From positions 46,872,001 through 46,936,000 of the forward strand of contig NC_043001.1 in assembly GCF_006345805.1 (NCBI RefSeq): a stretch of 64,000 bases of DNA. Reading direction: 5' to 3'. Below are positions 62,027 through 64,000 of this stretch, in pieces. Every line of letters begins with the position of its first letter. Positions within the stretch are counted from its first letter, which is position 1. A program made the position numbers and the translations under genes. Source of the stretch: Octopus sinensis. Lineage: Eukaryota. The notes below the pieces were generated by a model. It did not search any database. It had not been told where the DNA came from and saw only the letters and a program-made list of their open reading frames with translations.

Positions 62027-63346
62027 TATAAACACACATGCACATATATATATATATATATAAAACAAATGGTAGAGACAGAAAATGGAATACATGGAAA
62101 ACTTAATTGCTCACAATGATTATTGTGACACATCCTGTATCGATTCCTTGCAGGTGAAAAACTATACAGTTAGTGCATAATTTATTTAACAATTATTTAC
62201 AGCATATTTTTCAGACCAACACATGTTTATATACGCACCACACAAATGCATTAATACATTTATGTATGACACTTCCTGTTTCTCTTCTTTCTTTTTTGCT
62301 GTTTCTATGTTTTAATTCATATTTTTCTGTATGAAGTACACAAAAGTCATTACAGATAATCTACTTTCGTATATGCATGTACATGTGTGTGTGTGTGTGT
62401 GTGTATGCATGCATGCTCATGCATCACTATTTGTTTTATCAGTTTCAGCTCAAAGCCCTGGCCATGCTGGTGCACCGCCGATAATAAAAACACACATACA
62501 CTATAATGTATCTATTCATTCTAAAAATCTTCAGCCACATTCAAATCTATATATCTGATTGCCATTGTTTTTTAACATTGGAGAAAAGCTTCTCCTACAT
62601 GCAATTCACAAGTGTAAAGGGACTTTGAAACACTGTAGAGTTTTGATAATTTTATTTGTCTCCTCAGCTTATCTTTTTCCCTGGCTCTTTAAAACTTCAG
62701 CAGTTTTCTCAAGATTCGCTTTGGATCTGTTTTCGACTCACGCTACCTTATGATATTCTATCTATCATTGATGAATCTAACAAGACCACAAATTATTTGC
62801 TGAAGTATGCTGATGCCTGCCAAATAGATAATAATGCATGGGGTGCACCCAGAACTGCAAAAATCCAAGCAATAATGTATGTGTCCATTTAAAACTGGCA
62901 GATTTAAATGTGGCTATCAGATTGCTAATTTCATTATTTGCACTCTACCTATATTTTACCCTACCTTTGGTATTCAAGTGCTAGTTTTTCCACTTTGTGT
63001 TACATTTATATGCTTGTATTTGGAAATCATTTTGAAAACAACAATGTGTGCCTAAGTAAATAGAACAGCATAAGTTTGCAGTTTTATTTTATTTGAAGAA
63101 CAAAAAGAGATCAATAAAAAAAAGAAGACATAATATACTCACACCATAAAATATTCCAAATTTTTTGGGAAGAGTGACATTCATAGACTTGGGAATATAT
63201 TTAGCCAAATTTGCAATAACAGGATCCTTATATCCCCAAATAATGTCACCAACAGTCAACGTCTTGAAGGGTTTGTCCATAAATGTGAGCAAATTTACAA
63301 GCGTTTTTATAGTTGCATTTGTGTATCTTACAAAATTGACCACAGT
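34942..63346 (-). CDS. SCARB2: CD36/scavenger receptor class B family protein (LIMP-2/SCARB2-like), spliced from 10 exons; 5'-incomplete
   Basis: Exons 63143-63346, 59601-59692, 53634-53683, 52638-52707, 49225-49397, 48366-48484, 47730-47803, 39294-39345, 35815-35979 and 34942-34965 all have AG/GT ends and matching phases. They total 1023 nt (340 aa + stop). CD36-family motifs: PFKTLTVGDIIWGYKDP, CNMINGSDG, FSTDICRS, GFCTPNCLPSGLLNVSKC, SQPHFYQAD, LDIEPTTG, KRLQIN, PVLWIDE, then a C-terminal TM helix. The family is certain; exact orthology (SCARB2 vs SCARB1/CD36) needs a phylogeny. Confidence 0.92.
35683..35763. repeat. (AAT)n immediately followed by (ATT)n
   Basis: Direct reading; the two runs form an AT-only inverted repeat. 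Confidence 0.92.
35815..35979 (-). CDS. SCARB2: SCARB/CD36-like exon with the C-terminal transmembrane helix (NAEVD...GLLSLGGFLVLLALLLLMRNAIVSETK)
   Basis: Acceptor catattttcag, donor aag|gtactg. 165 nt, phase 0/0. Contains a hydrophobic stretch of about 22 aa. Confidence 0.9.
36154..36914 (-). mobile_element. Possible solo LTR
   Basis: TGTAAC...GTTACA inverted termini, 761 bp. On the - strand: TATAAAA (36614-36608), TCAGTT (36585-36580) and AATAAA (36273-36268) in LTR order. No TSD found. Confidence 0.4.
36580..36614 (-). promoter_or_regulatory. Candidate TATA + Inr core promoter
   Basis: The first T of TATAAAA lies exactly 31 nt upstream of the A in TCAGTT (A at 36583). Confidence 0.4.
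38019..38207. repeat. 16-bp minisatellite, about 12 units (consensus GAATATGTGCATCATG)
   Basis: Units start at 38019 + 16n and can be followed to 38207. Confidence 0.9.
38212..38830 (-). mobile_element. Mariner 5' fragment (HTH to WVPHEL region)
   Basis: KHYQHLMLFFNFKKGKKVVETCRTIC and WVLH*LNETNL..ISICD. Frameshifted; no catalytic domain. Confidence 0.75.
38950..39250 (-). mobile_element. Possible CR1/Jockey-type LINE 3' fragment
   Basis: SRPAALWNSLHAFNFP resembles the R...LWNSLP C-terminal motif of CR1-group ORF2. Confidence 0.4.
39294..39345 (-). CDS. SCARB2: SCARB/CD36-like exon (ISQQLDKKALPVLWIDE)
   Basis: Acceptor ccgtatgcag, donor gag|gtaagt. 52 nt, phase 2/0. Carries the conserved P..W..E motif. 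Confidence 0.88.
39590..41114 (+). mobile_element. Decayed near-full-length mariner with a SINE insertion
   Basis: TIR caagtggcacattccagaagttttgggac / gtctcaaagtttctggaatgcaccttg+TA. Remnants FVPRVLSDEQK, TCDES*IYCYD and PHPHYSPNLALCDFWLFPKLK. Confidence 0.88.
40758..40980 (-). mobile_element. SINE family C copy with an intact 14-bp TSD
   Basis: TTTGGAGGGTTTCC at 40744-40757 and 40981-40994. A-box-like GAGCTGGCAGAA and B-box-like GTTCAAATTCC on the - strand. Confidence 0.92.
42762..43146 (-). mobile_element. Non-autonomous Helitron/Helentron-like element
   Basis: On the - strand it reads actagcagtatcgcccggcgttgctcggg ... gacagacacacaacttcactcttatataaagat. Confidence 0.6.
43711..44069. mobile_element. 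TA-flanked MITE (Tc1/mariner-type)
   Basis: TA-GAAGGCTCCAACAAGCTGAATTTTTCGAATAC ... GTATTTGAAAAATTCAGCTTGTTGGAGCCTTC-TA: a 32-bp TIR with 1 mismatch. Confidence 0.88.
44315..47043 (+). mobile_element. Decayed pogo-family (POGK-like DDE) transposon
   Basis: TA-flanked TIRs tcataaaaactcatgtaatttacac / gtgcgtaaattacatgggtttttacgg. The transposase remnant (about 44555-45900) has IGNADQT, RTTGNGKNRFTVIL, LPPYVFFKRKT, KGWM, LLVLDA and LQLLDVGVNK, with stops and frameshifts. Confidence 0.88.
46550..46948. mobile_element. Unclassified insertion inside the pogo element, containing short CCCTAA repeats
   Basis: CpG-richer block starting ggatcttttcggtttgaacggcag, with CCCTAA CTCTAA CCCTAA CCCTAA at 46847-46870. 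Boundaries are approximate. Confidence 0.4.
47730..47803 (-). CDS. SCARB2: SCARB/CD36-like exon (TTGLGLHLAKRLQINLMIEAIPGI)
   Basis: Acceptor ttgtgcttcag, donor ac|gtgagt. 74 nt, phase 0/2. Confidence 0.92.
48366..48484 (-). CDS. SCARB2: SCARB/CD36-like exon (DAPIVLSQPHFYQAD...LDIEP)
   Basis: Acceptor atcattttcag, donor cca|gtaaga. 119 nt, phase 1/0. Confidence 0.93.
48650..48860 (-). mobile_element. RTE LINE fragment, same family as 30987-31955
   Basis: FKDLLPLLVTKSLSLSVKGRLYSACVQTAMLHVCET parallels FRALLPLLTTKGLSLRV.DACVRTALLHGSET. Confidence 0.75.
49225..49397 (-). CDS. SCARB2: SCARB/CD36-like exon (SVHATF...GFCTPNCLPSGLLNVSKCHQ)
   Basis: Acceptor tttattttag, donor g|gtgagt. 173 nt, phase 2/1. 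Confidence 0.93.
49533..49657. repeat. Compound microsatellite (CTA)n-(ATA)n-(ATG)n
   Basis: Direct reading. Confidence 0.92.
49780..50075 (-). mobile_element. SINE family C copies (one CpG-intact, probably young)
   Basis: gtcgacctcggtggaatttgaactcagaacgtagcggcagacaaaataccgctaagcatttcgcccggcgtgctagcg. Confidence 0.85.
50127..50945 (+). mobile_element. R4/Dong-clade non-LTR retrotransposon, 5'-truncated (zinc knuckle + restriction-like endonuclease)
   Basis: C*LCKDEIETVDHLVSGC (CX2CX8HX4C), KANKPDIVVKD and AVTIPVIVGALG. Flanked on both sides by (AAT)n. Confidence 0.8.
52638..52707 (-). CDS. SCARB2: SCARB/CD36-like exon (DGTLFSPFKTKDSNIYIFSTDICR)
   Basis: Acceptor ttttattcacag, donor cg|gtaagt. 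70 nt, phase 1/2. Confidence 0.92.
52989..53212 (+). repeat. Copy 1 of a ~220-bp local direct duplication
   Basis: Matches 55209-55434 except for 2 substitutions and a 2-nt difference in an A-run. Confidence 0.95.
53634..53683 (-). CDS. SCARB2: SCARB/CD36-like exon (SLPYWNSPYCNMINGS)
   Basis: Acceptor tatgttttcag, donor g|gtcagt. 50 nt, phase 2/1. Confidence 0.9.
54370..54735 (+). mobile_element. SINE family B copy (CpG-rich, probably young)
   Basis: Nearly collinear with 58795-59160 in the opposite orientation; (GAT)n tail at about 54717-54735. Confidence 0.82.
54871..55208 (+). mobile_element. Helitron-like element, related 5' end
   Basis: Starts attagcagctaagcccggtttcacctgg after a (TA)n run, resembling the 7080 terminus. 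The 3' end is unclear. Confidence 0.4.
55209..55434 (+). repeat. Copy 2 of a ~220-bp local direct duplication
   Basis: Matches 52989-53212. Confidence 0.95.
55607..55682 (-). ncRNA. Type I minimal hammerhead ribozyme-like motif (left arm)
   Basis: GUCU-CUGAUGA-[stem II region]-GAAA-CAGCUG-UA-AGAC. The core is intact, helix III is the palindrome ACAGCUGU, the cleavage triplet is GUA, and helix I is GUCU/AGAC. The first stem II pair is mismatched. Confidence 0.6.
56215..56290 (+). ncRNA. Type I hammerhead-like motif (right arm), core mutated
   Basis: GUCU-CUAAUGA-UGG...CCA-GAAA-CAGUCG-UA-AGAG. G5 is changed to A, but stem II is better preserved (UGG/CCA, CCCAGUG/CACUUGGG). Confidence 0.5.
58795..59250 (-). 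mobile_element. SINE family B copy
   Basis: Reverse-oriented relative of 54370-54735. Confidence 0.8.
59601..59692 (-). CDS. SCARB2: SCARB/CD36-like exon (KNGTDDGNYIIHSGTKDVNDLGIIKSWNGV)
   Basis: Acceptor ctgttccacag, donor ag|gttaga. 92 nt, phase 0/2, which fits the next exon. Confidence 0.9.
60120..60476 (+). mobile_element. SINE family B copy
   Basis: Ends cgttaaacgatgatgatg. Confidence 0.8.
60534..61982 (-). mobile_element. Decayed Tc1-like (DD34E) transposon, near full length
   Basis: TA-flanked TIRs ccaaaccacaaaagaaacatc / gacatttcttttgtagttgag. Remnants MVWGRI, YIDQVLRPHIV, FQQDNTHAHTA and WFALSPDLNPKEYLW. Confidence 0.9.
63143..63346 (-). CDS. SCARB2: SCARB/CD36-like exon (TVVNFV...KFGIFYG)
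   Basis: Acceptor tgatcatttcag, donor ggt|gtgagt. 204 nt, phase 0/0. Confidence 0.93.
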
Positions 63347-64000
63347 CTGAAATGATCAAGTATTAGAAGACAGTATAAATCAGAAGTTTTATTATAAAAT
63401 AAAGCTTGAGAGTGTTAAAAGTGAACAGTTTGAAACTGTTCCTATGGCTTAAATATTGTGTAAACATGTAGGATTACATCAAATGTGCAATGCTCAGTTC
63501 ACACCCTCTTATTTGATTATATAACTGAAAGAAATATCTGATTTGAAATTTATCAAAAACTAAATAAAGTCAGAAAAATACTGCTCTACACATGTGATCA
63601 GTATTTGATATAACTATAATAGTTAGCCACTACTAACTACTATAGCCATTGTGACTAACTGTTGTAGATACTATTATAGATATTAGCCTGTAGTTCATAC
63701 TTTACTTGCAACTCTATCCTAATCACTCTTAGGAAAACTCTTCCCAATACCTTTTCTCCATACTCTGTTCTCACCACCATATACACATAATCACCATGTA
63801 TGAAAGATTTTCCAATCATTGTAACACAATGAGGTGAGCGGCTGTGACAGAATTCCTCTCATACCCCTTAAATGCTCAAAAGAACTAACTCCTATCCTCA
63901 CCAAACTCCTCAAGATTCTATTACAGTGTTAATCCCTGGAAACATGCTACAATATCCAAACAGATTATTGACCAATCATATTCCACCACAAAACTGATGA

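Overview
AT-rich, microsatellite- and SINE-dense animal DNA. The repeat landscape looks like a coleoid cephalopod (Octopus-type); this is an inference, not a database match. Two convergent multi-exon genes can be rebuilt from splice sites and reading phase. On the + strand is a FAM177A1-like gene (4 coding exons, 3846-21181; the start-codon exon was not found). On the - strand is a CD36/SCARB-family, LIMP-2-like gene (10 coding exons, 63346 down to 34942; its 5' part lies beyond the window), ending in an 8-codon exon that encodes a LAMP-type GYESI tail. The rest is introns and intergenic DNA holding decayed Tc1/mariner and pogo transposons, hAT-, TTAA- and TA-flanked MITEs, Helitron-like elements, RTE and R4/Dong LINE fragments, and three SINE families. 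The most unusual structures are: an ~850-bp fold-back whose arms each carry a hammerhead-ribozyme-like core; further hammerhead-like remnants; mirror-oriented head-to-tail SINE arrays behind both genes; a near-identical 220-bp local intron duplication; and an LTR-like segment with canonical TATA/Inr spacing inside the SCARB intron. Exon and TSD boundaries were counted by hand. Boundaries of decayed repeats are approximate.
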